Positions 1 to 9,239 of a DNA stretch of 64,000 bases are shown here, in pieces. Origin of the DNA: an uncultured Chthonomonadaceae bacterium (GTDB taxonomy: Bacteria; Armatimonadota; Chthonomonadetes; Chthonomonadales; Chthonomonadaceae); contig CAWIEK010000024.1 of NCBI GenBank assembly GCA_963835065.1, forward strand, positions 32,001 to 96,000. Reading direction: 5' to 3'. Below the pieces are notes generated by a model that had not been told where the DNA came from, ran no database searches, and saw nothing but the letters and a program-made list of their open reading frames with translations. Position 1 is the first letter of the stretch. Every line of letters begins with the position of its first letter. The translations under genes and the position numbers were made by a program.

Positions 1-80
1 CGCTTGTCAAAGCAAGTACGCTTGCGCTTTGGGAGAAAATAAGGTATATCTTTTGTAGAAACCATGAAAGGGGGGCTATC

Positions 81-320
81 GTGCAAACGCGAGTTCAAAA
101 ATGGGGAAATAGTCTGGCAGTGCGTATTCCAAAATCCTTTGCGGCAGAAACGTCACTGGAGCAGGATACGCTTGTCGAGTTGTCAATGTTGGAGGGCAAG
201 TTAGTCATTGCGCCCATCAAAACTCGGCCAACGCTCGAAGAGCGTATGGCGTCCGTTACAAAAGAAACGTTACATGGTGAAGTAGATTTCGGGCCGCCGA
301 CAGGAAAGGAAGTTTGGTAA
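81..320 (+). CDS. mazE: AbrB/MazE-family antitoxin
   Basis: KWGNSLAVRIP N-terminal AbrB motif, C-terminal EVDFG..GKEVW; directly upstream of MazF. Confidence 0.93.
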   Translation: MQTRVQKWGNSLAVRIPKSFAAETSLEQDTLVELSMLEGKLVIAPIKTRPTLEERMASVTKETLHGEVDFGPPTGKEVW

Positions 321-321
321 C

Positions 322-660
322 GTGGCCTATATTCCTGAACGCGGCGATTTCATCTGGATTTCCTTCAATCCGCCGGCAGGACACGAGCAGGCAGGCCGCC
401 GCCCCGCGCTTATATTGTCGCCGTCCGCTTATAATGGCGTCACCGGACTCGTCATTTGCTGCCCTGTTACCAGCCAGGTGAAAGGCTACACGTTTGAAGT
501 TGCCATACCGGGGGGACTGGAAGTTTCCGGCGTGGTGTTGAGCGATCAGATAAGGAACCTTGATTGGGAGGCGCGGCAGGCGAGTTTTCTTTGCAAGGCT
601 CCTAAAACGTTTGTGGACGAAGTGCTGATGAACCTCGGCGATTTGCTTACGGGGCCGTGA
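322..660 (+). CDS. mazF: MazF/PemK endoribonuclease toxin
   Basis: RGD.IW..FNP..GHEQAGRRPALILS and DQIRNLDW motifs. Confidence 0.95.
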   Translation: MAYIPERGDFIWISFNPPAGHEQAGRRPALILSPSAYNGVTGLVICCPVTSQVKGYTFEVAIPGGLEVSGVVLSDQIRNLDWEARQASFLCKAPKTFVDEVLMNLGDLLTGP

Positions 661-734
661 TAGCAGTACCGGACTTCTCGCTCCTAAGTTTAATAGCATT
701 CAAATAAGACGGTTGCTGCCTCAAAAACAAGTTC

Positions 735-841
735 GTAGGGACACAACATGTTGTGTCCTCTTCCTGCGGCGGCATGTCCTCGCATAAAGGAGGGCGCGGA
801 CACAACCTTGCCCATGCGGACACAACATGTTGTGTCCCTAC
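735..841. repeat. GTAG-type REP doublet
   Basis: GTAGGGACACAACATGTTGTGTCC...GGACACAACATGTTGTGTCCCTAC; two palindromes in inverted orientation with GTAG/CTAC ends. Confidence 0.8.
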
Positions 842-858
842 AAATCGTTACGTGCCGG

Positions 859-1593
859 TCACAAGGCCAGCACATTCTTAACCTGGATGGCTGCCATCAA
901 TTTTGTGTGGTAATCAGAAAGCGTCTCATAATCAAGGAAACTCACGCGCTGCGCAATAGGCGTAAAGGTATGTGAACCTAACTTGCCCTTGTACTCGTTT
1001 TGACGCGCAGCATCGGCGACAATGTGAAACTTTACGGCAAAATCCTGCAAATCCATAAAGCGCAGCAACGCGCTGTACACATCCGTCGTATGCTCTACCT
1101 CGAAAAACTCGCTCGGCATTTTGCGCGTGTTGAACCATGTTACGTCTATCATACGCGCCCGCGCCAGCAGATGGTCGTAGGTAAAGGCGGGGTACTTCTC
1201 CACGCTGCTGACCTGAGAAAGCGTTTTGTCCAGAAACTTCCGGTTCTTGTCCTGATAAGGCACGAACGTATCGAAGCCTTGTAGGTTGCCGATTTCTACG
1301 ATCAAGCCCTGATAATAAGAGTGGTCAACCGCCTGCTTCTTTTCCAAGGGCGCGTTCGCGCCAAGCGCGAAATGCTTTTCGATGCTCTTGCGCGACTCTT
1401 CCAACCCCCACAAGCCCGGTTTGATTTTGAAAAACTCCGGCCTGTCCTGAACAATCCTGCGCATGGATGCGAACGGCGTTTTTGTGCCCCACGTACTGCC
1501 CTCCACCTTCAATGCAGTCTGATAAAGATGCCCCAATGTGGCATAGCCACCGCTGCTGCGCATGGCTTCAATCACCGCTTCATGTTGCTTCAT
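859..1593 (-). CDS. Putative winged-HTH plus PD-(D/E)xK-like nuclease (restriction-type)
   Basis: 244 aa; N-terminal KTPFASMRRIVQ HTH-like segment, C-terminal IDVTWF...FEVEHTT; downstream of a DNA methyltransferase. Confidence 0.6.
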   Translation of the reverse strand: MKQHEAVIEAMRSSGGYATLGHLYQTALKVEGSTWGTKTPFASMRRIVQDRPEFFKIKPGLWGLEESRKSIEKHFALGANAPLEKKQAVDHSYYQGLIVEIGNLQGFDTFVPYQDKNRKFLDKTLSQVSSVEKYPAFTYDHLLARARMIDVTWFNTRKMPSEFFEVEHTTDVYSALLRFMDLQDFAVKFHIVADAARQNEYKGKLGSHTFTPIAQRVSFLDYETLSDYHTKLMAAIQVKNVLAL

Positions 1594-1707
1594 GGAAGGG
1601 CTGTACTCCTGTACCTCTTGGCCGAGTCGTGAACGCCCCGTCTAAAGGGCGTTCCGCCAGTCGGTCTGCGACCGGAACACGTATTTTGTTGCAAGTCTCT
1701 TATGCAA

Positions 1708-2640
1708 TCAACCCCTGTCAAAGACAAACCGCGCCTGCTGCATCGGCAGTTCGTCCTGCAATCGGGCAACGGCAACGGCAAGATAATCTGGTGTCACATC
1801 AAAACCGACAAACCGCCGTCCCAATCGGGCGCTGACAACGCCCGTCGTGCCACTGCCGCAAAATGGGTCTAATATCAGATCGCCGGGATTGCTTGCCGCC
1901 CTAATGATGCGTTCCAGCAGGGCTTCCGGTTTTTGCGCAGGGTGCTTGCCATAGCGCTTTTCCCGCTTTGCCGGTGGCAGGATGCGCCACAAACTCTGCA
2001 TCTGCTTGCCGGGGGTAGGGTCGCCAATACGCCGCATGTCCTCATAGTGGAAGAGATGCCGCGCTTTGGCGTCCCGCCGCGCCCACAAAATGGTTTCCGT
2101 CGCATGGGTGAAGTAGCGGCAGGACAGGTTCGGCGGAGGCGTTATCTTATACCACGCAATGTCATTCAAAATCGCGTAGCCCAATGTCTGCATGGCAAAT
2201 CCGACGCTGAAAATGTTGTGCGCCGTTCCCGTTACCCACAGCGTTCCATTGGGCTTTAAGACGCGGCGGCACTCCGTCAGCCAGGTTGTATTGAAGCGAT
2301 GTATCTGCGCAAACGTTTCAGCCTTGTCCCAAACGCCCTTGTTGACGCTGACCATGCGCCCTGAATGGCAAGTCACGCCCCCGTTGGACAAAAAATAGGG
2401 CGGGTCGGCAAAAATCAAGTCAAAGGTTTCTGTCGGAACCGATTTCAGCAGTAACAGCGCGTCACCGCAATACAGCCGCACATCATGAACGGCGTTGATG
2501 TAATAAGGTTCAGGAACCTCCACTGCCGGAGTGTCGCGCCTATCGTTCTCATAGTCCTCAATTTCAACATCTGCAACTTCAACCTCAACGTTCTCAACGT
2601 CGGCTTCGACTTCGGTAGCAAAAATTTCCGTGTGCATCAT
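1708..2640 (-). CDS. Beta-class DNA adenine methyltransferase, DpnA/DpnIIB-like
   Basis: DPPY followed by FLSNGG..CHSGRMVSVNKG.WD, HPAQKP, LDPFCGSGTT; DPPY precedes the SAM-binding motif. Confidence 0.9.
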   Translation of the reverse strand: MMHTEIFATEVEADVENVEVEVADVEIEDYENDRRDTPAVEVPEPYYINAVHDVRLYCGDALLLLKSVPTETFDLIFADPPYFLSNGGVTCHSGRMVSVNKGVWDKAETFAQIHRFNTTWLTECRRVLKPNGTLWVTGTAHNIFSVGFAMQTLGYAILNDIAWYKITPPPNLSCRYFTHATETILWARRDAKARHLFHYEDMRRIGDPTPGKQMQSLWRILPPAKREKRYGKHPAQKPEALLERIIRAASNPGDLILDPFCGSGTTGVVSARLGRRFVGFDVTPDYLAVAVARLQDELPMQQARFVFDRG

Positions 2641-2863
2641 CGGGCAGGCGATCCCTTCCTGAAAAGTGATCGCGATCCTACCAGATTTATTGTTTGCAGA
2701 TCAAGTGATCGTTAAAACAATCTGCATACGCCATTTTCTACGCCGACGTGTTGCTGTCAGAATACGCGCTGCGCGTCCGGGCAGCGTCACGGTCGCGGTG
2801 AACGTTTGGCATGGTTCAAGGCGATGTTAACAACGCTTGCTGTGAAATACTGGCCGTGTGGTT

Positions 2864-2982
2864 GCCAGGGGTTGAAAACCCCTGTCTGGACAAAGCAAGC
2901 GTCTTTCAGACGCGCCCATGCTTTCTGGAAGTTGCGTCTGCAAGACGCTTGCCTTTTCCTGCCGGGTGTTTTCAACACGCGG
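2864..2982. repeat. REP/MITE-like palindromic element (two inverted halves)
   Basis: CAGGGGTTGAAAACCCCTG and GCGTCTGCAAGACGC palindromes; half-copies at 7597-7643 and 22464-22513. Confidence 0.7.
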
Positions 2983-3047
2983 AACGCTCGTGTCGGTACC
3001 CGGCCTTCCAGTTCACAGCAAGCGTTAGCAATGGAATGGAGGTTATC

Positions 3048-3247
3048 GTGCAAACGCGCGTTCAAAAATGGGGAAACAGTCTGGCTGTGCGTATTCCGAA
3101 ATCCTTTGCGGCAGAAATGTCGTTGAAACACAATGCGCTTGTCGAGTTGTCAATGTTGGAGGGCAAGTTAGTCATTATGCCCATCAAAAACAGCCAACGC
3201 TTGAAGAGCGTATAGCATCCGTCATAAAAGAAACTTTGCATGGTGAA
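3048..3247 (+). pseudogene. mazE: Frameshifted, truncated second copy of mazE
   Basis: Closely similar to 81-320; 1-nt deletion near 3190 (ccc atc aaa aa cag cca), similarity lost after LHGE; no mazF follows. Confidence 0.85.
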
Positions 3248-3287
3248 AAAGAAACAGAAAAAAAGAGCCAAGCAACGCGAAAAAAGC

Positions 3288-3316
3288 GAACCTTTTGCCC
3301 CACTGCCCTTGTCTAA
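3288..3316 (+). promoter_or_regulatory. Putative ECF-sigma promoter
   Basis: GAACCT-17-GTCTAA; equivalent motif precedes the second copy of the repeat at 22526-22553. Confidence 0.5.
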
Positions 3317-3435
3317 ATAGCACAAGTGTCTACTATACAGACACAAAGACTGAATGTTGGTAGTTCCTATCAACTATCAACTATCAGCTACTCACTCAGG
3401 AAGGAGGTACAGGCCCATGTCCCACCCCTCCCGTG

Positions 3436-3550
3436 CGCCCTGACGCTTACGAGGTCACGACGCCTCTCTCCTACAACCAGACACAACGAGACATCGGGCT
3501 GGAAGCGCTGCATTGCCAAGATTTCGACGCTGCCTCTACATACTCTTATC
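3436..3550. repeat. 115-bp dispersed repeat, copy 1
   Basis: 108/115 identical to 22621-22735 by manual alignment. Confidence 0.92.
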
Positions 3551-3738
3551 CTCTTGTCTGCTTATCCTTCATCCTTTGCTTGCGCCACTTCCCATTGGCA
3601 AAGGTTAAGAGCCTATTCGCAATAGGTTCCCCTTCCCCCAGGTTGCGTATTTCTGCTTCGCTTTGGAAATACGTTTTATGGGAGAAGGGGCAGGGGTTGA
3701 GAGCCAATTGAAACGGGAACTTGTTCTTTTACGAACCC

Positions 3739-5988
3739 TTACGGCTGCTTCGGTTTGGCGAAGATGGCGTTGTCTACGGGCGCGTTGACGGCCACATCCG
3801 TAAACTTCAGGTCAAGCAGCGTGGCCTTGCCCTGCGACACTTTCAGCGTACCGGGAACCTTCACGCCCTGTGAGGTTTTGTAATTGCCCATCAGCACGGT
3901 CACATCCGCTTTGGAGGTCGGCAGCACCATGCGCGACGCGAGGTTGGTCACAGGGTCAATATACACCCGCACATCCGCGCCCTTGTCCGTCGTGATGATA
4001 TAGCCCGTATCGCCGCTGTCACCGGACTTAGGCAGGGAGCGCACGGCGTAGTTGTTGGCGTAAGCGTCGCGCAGCAATTTGATGGGATTGAGCGCGCTGC
4101 CCAGACCGGCGGGCGGCGTTTGCGTTGCGCCCGCAACGGTCAGCCATTCCTCGCTGTTCCCGCCTGCCGTGCCGAACGAAATGGGAAAGGCCGAGGTCAG
4201 GTCGGCGCGTACCTTGTCGGGAGCCGCCAGCGTAAGCGTCAGGGATTCGATAGGAAGCGCGCCGGGGAATTGCCCTGTCGGATCGGTCAGTTCGCCCGAA
4301 CCTTTCAGCACCATGCTTTTCCAGTTCAGGAAAGCCGCGCCGCCGTGCGCCTTGATGGTAGCCGCCAGCCCCGTTTTCCCGGCTGCCATTTCCGCAGGCG
4401 TACCCTTCGCGCCCGTACCACTTCCCCCTGCACCACTCCCCCCTGTCCCCTGTCCCCTGTCCCCTGTCCCCTCTAACGTGGGCGAAAGCAGGTCTACACT
4501 CGCGGCAGGAATCACGCGCACCGTGCCGATGGCTTCCACGTCCTTGCGGATGGCTTTGGCGTCGCCGACAAGGACGATTTGGGGCGCGTTGAGATGCAGG
4601 CCGCGCATGATTTCGGGAACCTGACTGCCTGTAACCGCCTGAACGCGCTCGGCGTAATGTGTCAGGTCGCCCGGCCCATTGCCGTACAGCACGGCGGGAA
4701 CCAGCCGGGTTAAAACGCCGTTCGGGGTCGCCACGCTGACGGCAAATGAACCCTGCAAGAACGCTTTGCGATCCTGAAGTTCCTCGGCAGGCACTTCACC
4801 CATGCTGATTTTACGCGATTCTTCCAGCGCCAGTTTGACCACTTCGCCCGTCGAGGCGTTTTTGGTAAACGTAAAAATTTCAAACTCGCCCGCGTCCTTG
4901 TTGCGCCTGAAACCACTGCCCACGCCATACGTCAGGCCGCGCTTCACGCGAATTTCGCGGGTCAGGCGGCTGTCGAACTGTCCCAGGCCGAGAACCGCAG
5001 TGGCGACGGTTCCGGCAATGCGGTTCGGGTCGCTGTAACCGTTCGTCAGCGTACCGATACGCACTTCCGTTTGCGCGGCTCCCGGACGGTCCAGAATGGT
5101 AATCTGCGGCTTCGCCGTATCCGAAGGAGCGGTCATTCGCGCAGGCGGCGCGGGCGCGGCGGGAACGTCTTTCTTGTCCCAACTCCCAAACGCGGCCTGC
5201 GCTTTTTCCATTGCCTGCGCGGGCGTAATGTCGCCCACGAGGAACAGCGTGGATTGGTTGGGCGCAAAAAAAGTGTCGTGGAACTTCTGCGCGTCGTCAC
5301 GGGTCAGCGATTGCAGCGTTTGCGGCGTACCCTCGCTGTTGTTGCCATACGGGTGCGCGCCATACACCAGGCGAGACAGGGCCAGTTCCGCGATTGTGGC
5401 GGGCTGCGACAGAGATTGCGTCAATTCATTTATGGTTTGGCTGCGCGTCCTGTCCAATTCTTGTTGGGGGAACGAAGGACGCAGGGTGATGTCGGCAAGC
5501 AGGCTGAACAGGGTATCCGCGTAGGGGCTTAACCCGCTTGCCGAAACAGTCAGGTAATCGTCGTCCACGCCCGCGCCCAATGACGCGCCCAGGCCATCAA
5601 TCGTGTCGGCGATTTCCGTTTCGCTCCGGGTAGCCGTGCCCTTGTTGAGCAGGCGCGCGGTCATGGAAGCCAGCCCCACTTTGTCTTTCGGGTCCCGGAT
5701 GGAACCGGCGGGGATTGCCAGCCGCATCCATACGGCGGGCTGCGTATGGTCTTCCAGCACCACCAGTTTCAGGCCGTTGGGCAATGTCTGCTGCACGATT
5801 TTCGGCAATTGCAGGGCGCGTTCCTTGCCCAGCGGCGGCAATCCCGCCGCGCTTTTGGAAGCCTGCTGCGCGCCTGCGCCCGGCAGGACGGATAAGGAAA
5901 GCGTCAGGATCGCGCCCAAAGCAACCCCATTCAAGCCTGTGCGATTGCGCTGCCGGGGAGTATTGTTTATGTTGCGAAACCGGGTCAT
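3739..5988 (-). CDS. M16 peptidase, non-catalytic subunit with extra C-terminal beta domain; signal peptide
   Basis: LPNGLK.VV.EDH, GLASMTARLL (no HxxEH), SRL.REIR.KRGLTYG. Confidence 0.9.
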   Translation of the reverse strand: MTRFRNINNTPRQRNRTGLNGVALGAILTLSLSVLPGAGAQQASKSAAGLPPLGKERALQLPKIVQQTLPNGLKLVVLEDHTQPAVWMRLAIPAGSIRDPKDKVGLASMTARLLNKGTATRSETEIADTIDGLGASLGAGVDDDYLTVSASGLSPYADTLFSLLADITLRPSFPQQELDRTRSQTINELTQSLSQPATIAELALSRLVYGAHPYGNNSEGTPQTLQSLTRDDAQKFHDTFFAPNQSTLFLVGDITPAQAMEKAQAAFGSWDKKDVPAAPAPPARMTAPSDTAKPQITILDRPGAAQTEVRIGTLTNGYSDPNRIAGTVATAVLGLGQFDSRLTREIRVKRGLTYGVGSGFRRNKDAGEFEIFTFTKNASTGEVVKLALEESRKISMGEVPAEELQDRKAFLQGSFAVSVATPNGVLTRLVPAVLYGNGPGDLTHYAERVQAVTGSQVPEIMRGLHLNAPQIVLVGDAKAIRKDVEAIGTVRVIPAASVDLLSPTLEGTGDRGQGTGGSGAGGSGTGAKGTPAEMAAGKTGLAATIKAHGGAAFLNWKSMVLKGSGELTDPTGQFPGALPIESLTLTLAAPDKVRADLTSAFPISFGTAGGNSEEWLTVAGATQTPPAGLGSALNPIKLLRDAYANNYAVRSLPKSGDSGDTGYIITTDKGADVRVYIDPVTNLASRMVLPTSKADVTVLMGNYKTSQGVKVPGTLKVSQGKATLLDLKFTDVAVNAPVDNAIFAKPKQP

Positions 5989-7538
5989 TATTTGGCCTCC
6001 TTGCGGCCTTGCGCGTTTGCCGTGTCATCGTTTGCGGCGTTCCTGTTTATCGTGTCGCCGTTCCCGGCGTTTTGAACCGGCGCGTTTTTGCCTGTTCCCA
6101 CCCGCGCGGACTTTTCGGGTTTGGGCGCGTCCTGTGTTTTCTGCATCGCGGCGGGGAGCATATACAGGACGTTGCGCTGTTCGGGCACAAAGTATTTCTG
6201 CGCCACGCGCTGAATGTCGGCTGCGGTGACGGCTTGCAGTTCGCTCAGTTCCTTATTGGCCTCGTCGGGAGTGCTGTACAATAAATCCGCTTCGCCCAAC
6301 TGGCTGGCTTTGGCTTCCGTAGAAATCGTGCCGAACACCTTGCCGGAAATGGCCTGATTTTTGGCCTTGTCCAGTTCCGCCTGGCTGACGGGCTGATCAC
6401 GCAGTTGGTTCATCTGCTCCACAAGCGCTTTTTCCAATGTATCAGGCGACTTGCCCGCGTTGGCAACCGCATAGAAGAAGAACATGCCGCCCAATTTCAA
6501 TTCCAGGGGTGAGCCGCCTGCTTCCACCGCGATCTGCTGATCCCGCACCAGGGAACGGTACAGGCGCGAACTGTTGCCGACCGACAGGATTTGTGACATC
6601 ACATCGAACACAGGCAGGTCTTTGGCGTCCGCGCCCTCGGTAGCCGGCAGCCGGAAGCCCATAATCACCATCGGCAGGGGCGCGAGTTTGTCATACGCGG
6701 TTTTGCGCTGCTCCGCTTTCTGGTCGCTGGCAATCACGGGATAGCGCGTGAACGGTTTGGCAGATTTCGGGATGGCCGCGAAATATTTGCTGATGCGGGC
6801 AAGGGCGTCCGCCGTTTTGAAGTCGCCGACAAGGATGAGCGTAGCATTATCGGGCTTGTAATACTCATCGTGGAACGCTTTTACGTCGCTGAGTTTCGCG
6901 TCGTCCAAATTCGCCATGATGCCGATGGTGGTATGGGCATACGGATGCGTGGGCGGGAACAGCATAGCCTGAACGGTTTCAAGCAGCGTTCCATACGGCG
7001 CGTTTTCCACATCCAGCCGATGCTCTTCCTCCACGACCGCGCGCTCCGATTTCAAATTCGGCTCGTCCACGCGCAGCGACCCCATGCGGTCCGCTTCCAG
7101 ATAAAGAACTCTGTCCAGAGCGTTGGAAGGCACGGTTTCATAGTACCGCGTCCGGTCGAAGTAGGTGTCGGCGTTGTAATGGCCGCCGATTTGCTCCACA
7201 TAGCGGGCGTGTTCTTCCGAGCCGACATGCGCCGAACCTTTGAACATCAGGTGTTCAAACAGGTGCGCGAACCCGGCCTTGCCTTTGGCTTCGTCCTTGC
7301 TGCCGACGTGGTACCAGATTTGCAGCGTCACGACAGGCGCGTGATGGTCTTCCAGCGTGACCACTTTCAGGCCGTTGGGCAATTTGGTTTCTTTATAATC
7401 CAGCCGGGGCACGGGAATCGCGGCGGCAGGCGGCTTTCCTGCCTCCTGCGCCTGCGCAAACGGCAAAACAGCTAAACTCAGCCCGCCCACAGCAAGCAAA
7501 GGCGCTATAAATCGGGTTTTTAAACCTAAATGCTTCAT
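5988..7538 (-). CDS. M16 zinc peptidase (pitrilysin family), exported
   Basis: HLFEH inverted zinc motif, signal peptide; ATG 7538 with GGAGAG SD; stop overlaps partner start. Confidence 0.92.
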   Translation of the reverse strand: MKHLGLKTRFIAPLLAVGGLSLAVLPFAQAQEAGKPPAAAIPVPRLDYKETKLPNGLKVVTLEDHHAPVVTLQIWYHVGSKDEAKGKAGFAHLFEHLMFKGSAHVGSEEHARYVEQIGGHYNADTYFDRTRYYETVPSNALDRVLYLEADRMGSLRVDEPNLKSERAVVEEEHRLDVENAPYGTLLETVQAMLFPPTHPYAHTTIGIMANLDDAKLSDVKAFHDEYYKPDNATLILVGDFKTADALARISKYFAAIPKSAKPFTRYPVIASDQKAEQRKTAYDKLAPLPMVIMGFRLPATEGADAKDLPVFDVMSQILSVGNSSRLYRSLVRDQQIAVEAGGSPLELKLGGMFFFYAVANAGKSPDTLEKALVEQMNQLRDQPVSQAELDKAKNQAISGKVFGTISTEAKASQLGEADLLYSTPDEANKELSELQAVTAADIQRVAQKYFVPEQRNVLYMLPAAMQKTQDAPKPEKSARVGTGKNAPVQNAGNGDTINRNAANDDTANAQGRKEAK

Positions 7539-7596
7539 AAGAATACTCTCCAATGTCAGGCCTCCTGCAGACGCCATTCTTTGTGTACAATGTTCC

Positions 7597-7643
7597 GCGT
7601 CCGCAGGACGCTTGACTTTTCCTGCCGGGTATTTTCAATACCG
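7597..7643. repeat. Half copy of the REP/MITE-like element
   Basis: GCGTCCGCAGGACGCTTG...CCTGCCGGGTATTTTCAATACC resembles 2934-2982. Confidence 0.6.
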
Positions 7644-7653
7644 CAACGCCAAA

Positions 7654-7926
7654 TTACTCCGGCGAGTGGATGATTTCCGCCTCGACAATCTCGTCCATGA
7701 TATGCTCCGCCGAAGCGTCGTCCGTGCTGCTGAATTTGGACAGGGCCTGCACTTCCTCATCACTGAGCGTACCGTCTCCTATCGCAAACAACTGCGCCGA
7801 CAACGCCCGCAAGTCTTCCAAACGCATTGTGAGCGACTCCATTTCCTCGCTCAACTCGGTGATATGCAGGTCAATCTGCCCCGCAAGATGCAAAATCGCC
7901 CCAACACGTTCCTGACTCAATGCCAT
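7654..7926 (-). CDS. Small acidic coiled-coil hypothetical protein
   Basis: 90 aa, AAGGAG SD upstream of ATG. Confidence 0.6.
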   Translation of the reverse strand: MALSQERVGAILHLAGQIDLHITELSEEMESLTMRLEDLRALSAQLFAIGDGTLSDEEVQALSKFSSTDDASAEHIMDEIVEAEIIHSPE

Positions 7927-7946
7927 TTTGGTATGCTCCTTGTTTT

Positions 7947-8043
7947 GGTGGTTGGTGGCTGGTGGTTGGTGATTGGTTTACAAGTATACGCTTATCGCAG
8001 GCGTCATCTTAAACCAATCACTAATCACCAGCCGCCAACCACC
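7947..8043. repeat. Inverted heptamer (TGGTGGT-like) tandem arrays
   Basis: 34-bp arms with 3 mismatches; right arm overlaps the 3' end of the GT4 gene. Confidence 0.8.
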
Positions 8044-9143
8044 TCCTCATACGCTTGATCCTGCCGCTGCGCCATTGCCTGCGCGGTGTAGCAGGCGGCA
8101 AAGCGTTCCCGCGCGGCGCAACTCCAGCGCTTGTTGATTTCGGGCGTAAACGCTTGGGCAAGCCCTGCCGCAAACGCCGCAGGATCGGCAATCGGGGCCA
8201 GCCAGCCGTTTTCGTCATGCGTTACCACATCCCGGACTCCCGGCGCGTCACAGCCCACAATCGGCAGGCCGCATGACATGGCTTCCAGAGCGGCGAGGGG
8301 AAGCCCCTCGAATTTGGACGGCAGCGCCAACACATCCGCTGCCGCCAGCAGGGGCGCAATGTCGTGGCAATTGCCCAAAAACCGCGTTTGCTCGCCCACG
8401 CCGATCCGCCGGGCTTCCTGTTCCGTCGCGTGTCGCGCCCAGCCGTCACCCGCAAATAACGCCATTGCGGGCTGCCCCTGCGCTTTCAGTTTCGCCAGCG
8501 CATGCAGCAGCACATACGGGTCTTTCTGCTCCACAAGCCGCCCCAAAAACAGCGCGACAGGCATGTCCTGCGGTAAATCCAACGCCTGCCGCGCCTGCCG
8601 TCGAGAAAGGGGCAAGGCTATGGCTTCCACGCCGTTGTCTATGACAAACGCCTTTTCCGGCGCGATCAAATCACATCCCAGCAGCGATTCGCGCACACTT
8701 GCCGATACGCCGTACAGCCGATCCAAAAGCCCGTTTACGCGCCGCCGCCGTTCCAGTTCATGCTCCAGTTTCAGGACGCAGGGAATATGCTCTGTCGCCA
8801 CCACATAAGGCACATGCGCGCACCGAGCAGCAATGGTTCCCCAATCCCCTTCCCACGTCGCGCCGATGTGGTTGTGGAAAATATCAATACGCCATTCCTG
8901 CAATTGCGTTACCAGCCGGGGCAATTGCGCCACATCCGCGTCCCATCGCAGCGTAAACCGCGCCACCCCTGATACATACGATGCCATCCGCGCGACAAGT
9001 TCGTCCGTTCCCGGATGCTCGGCGCAAATCAGGAACGTTTCGTAGCGCGCGGACGGCAAATGCTTCGCCAGCAACTCCATTACGCGGCCCACGCCGCTCG
9101 GATGCAGACTGTCGGTATAAAAGGCTAGGCGGTGAGTGGGCAT
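8025..9143 (-). CDS. GT4 glycosyltransferase
   Basis: GRLVEQK, EGLPLAALEAMSCGLP motif. Confidence 0.92.
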   Translation of the reverse strand: MPTHRLAFYTDSLHPSGVGRVMELLAKHLPSARYETFLICAEHPGTDELVARMASYVSGVARFTLRWDADVAQLPRLVTQLQEWRIDIFHNHIGATWEGDWGTIAARCAHVPYVVATEHIPCVLKLEHELERRRRVNGLLDRLYGVSASVRESLLGCDLIAPEKAFVIDNGVEAIALPLSRRQARQALDLPQDMPVALFLGRLVEQKDPYVLLHALAKLKAQGQPAMALFAGDGWARHATEQEARRIGVGEQTRFLGNCHDIAPLLAAADVLALPSKFEGLPLAALEAMSCGLPIVGCDAPGVRDVVTHDENGWLAPIADPAAFAAGLAQAFTPEINKRWSCAARERFAACYTAQAMAQRQDQAYEEVVGGW

Positions 9144-9239
9144 AGAGATAAGAGATAAGAGATAAGAGATAAGAGGGTAAGAAACGGTATAAGATAGCAG
9201 CTATGAGACGCCTTTTCTCTTATCTCTTATCTCTTATCT
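9144..9239. repeat. Inverted (GATAAGA)n / (TCTTATC)n arrays
   Basis: Direct reading; sits between two GT genes. Confidence 0.9.

Noticed and set aside
3441..3470. Selenocysteine readthrough (UGA plus SECIS-like hairpin)
   Set aside because: Copy 2 has a second in-frame TGA three codons later and the readthrough peptide has no redox motif.
3514..3609. Type I toxin-like peptide (L/M)PRFRRCLYILLS...
   Set aside because: TTG start without a good SD; the hydrophobic run derives from the CTCTTAT repeat, and copy 2 diverges and runs antisense into queC.
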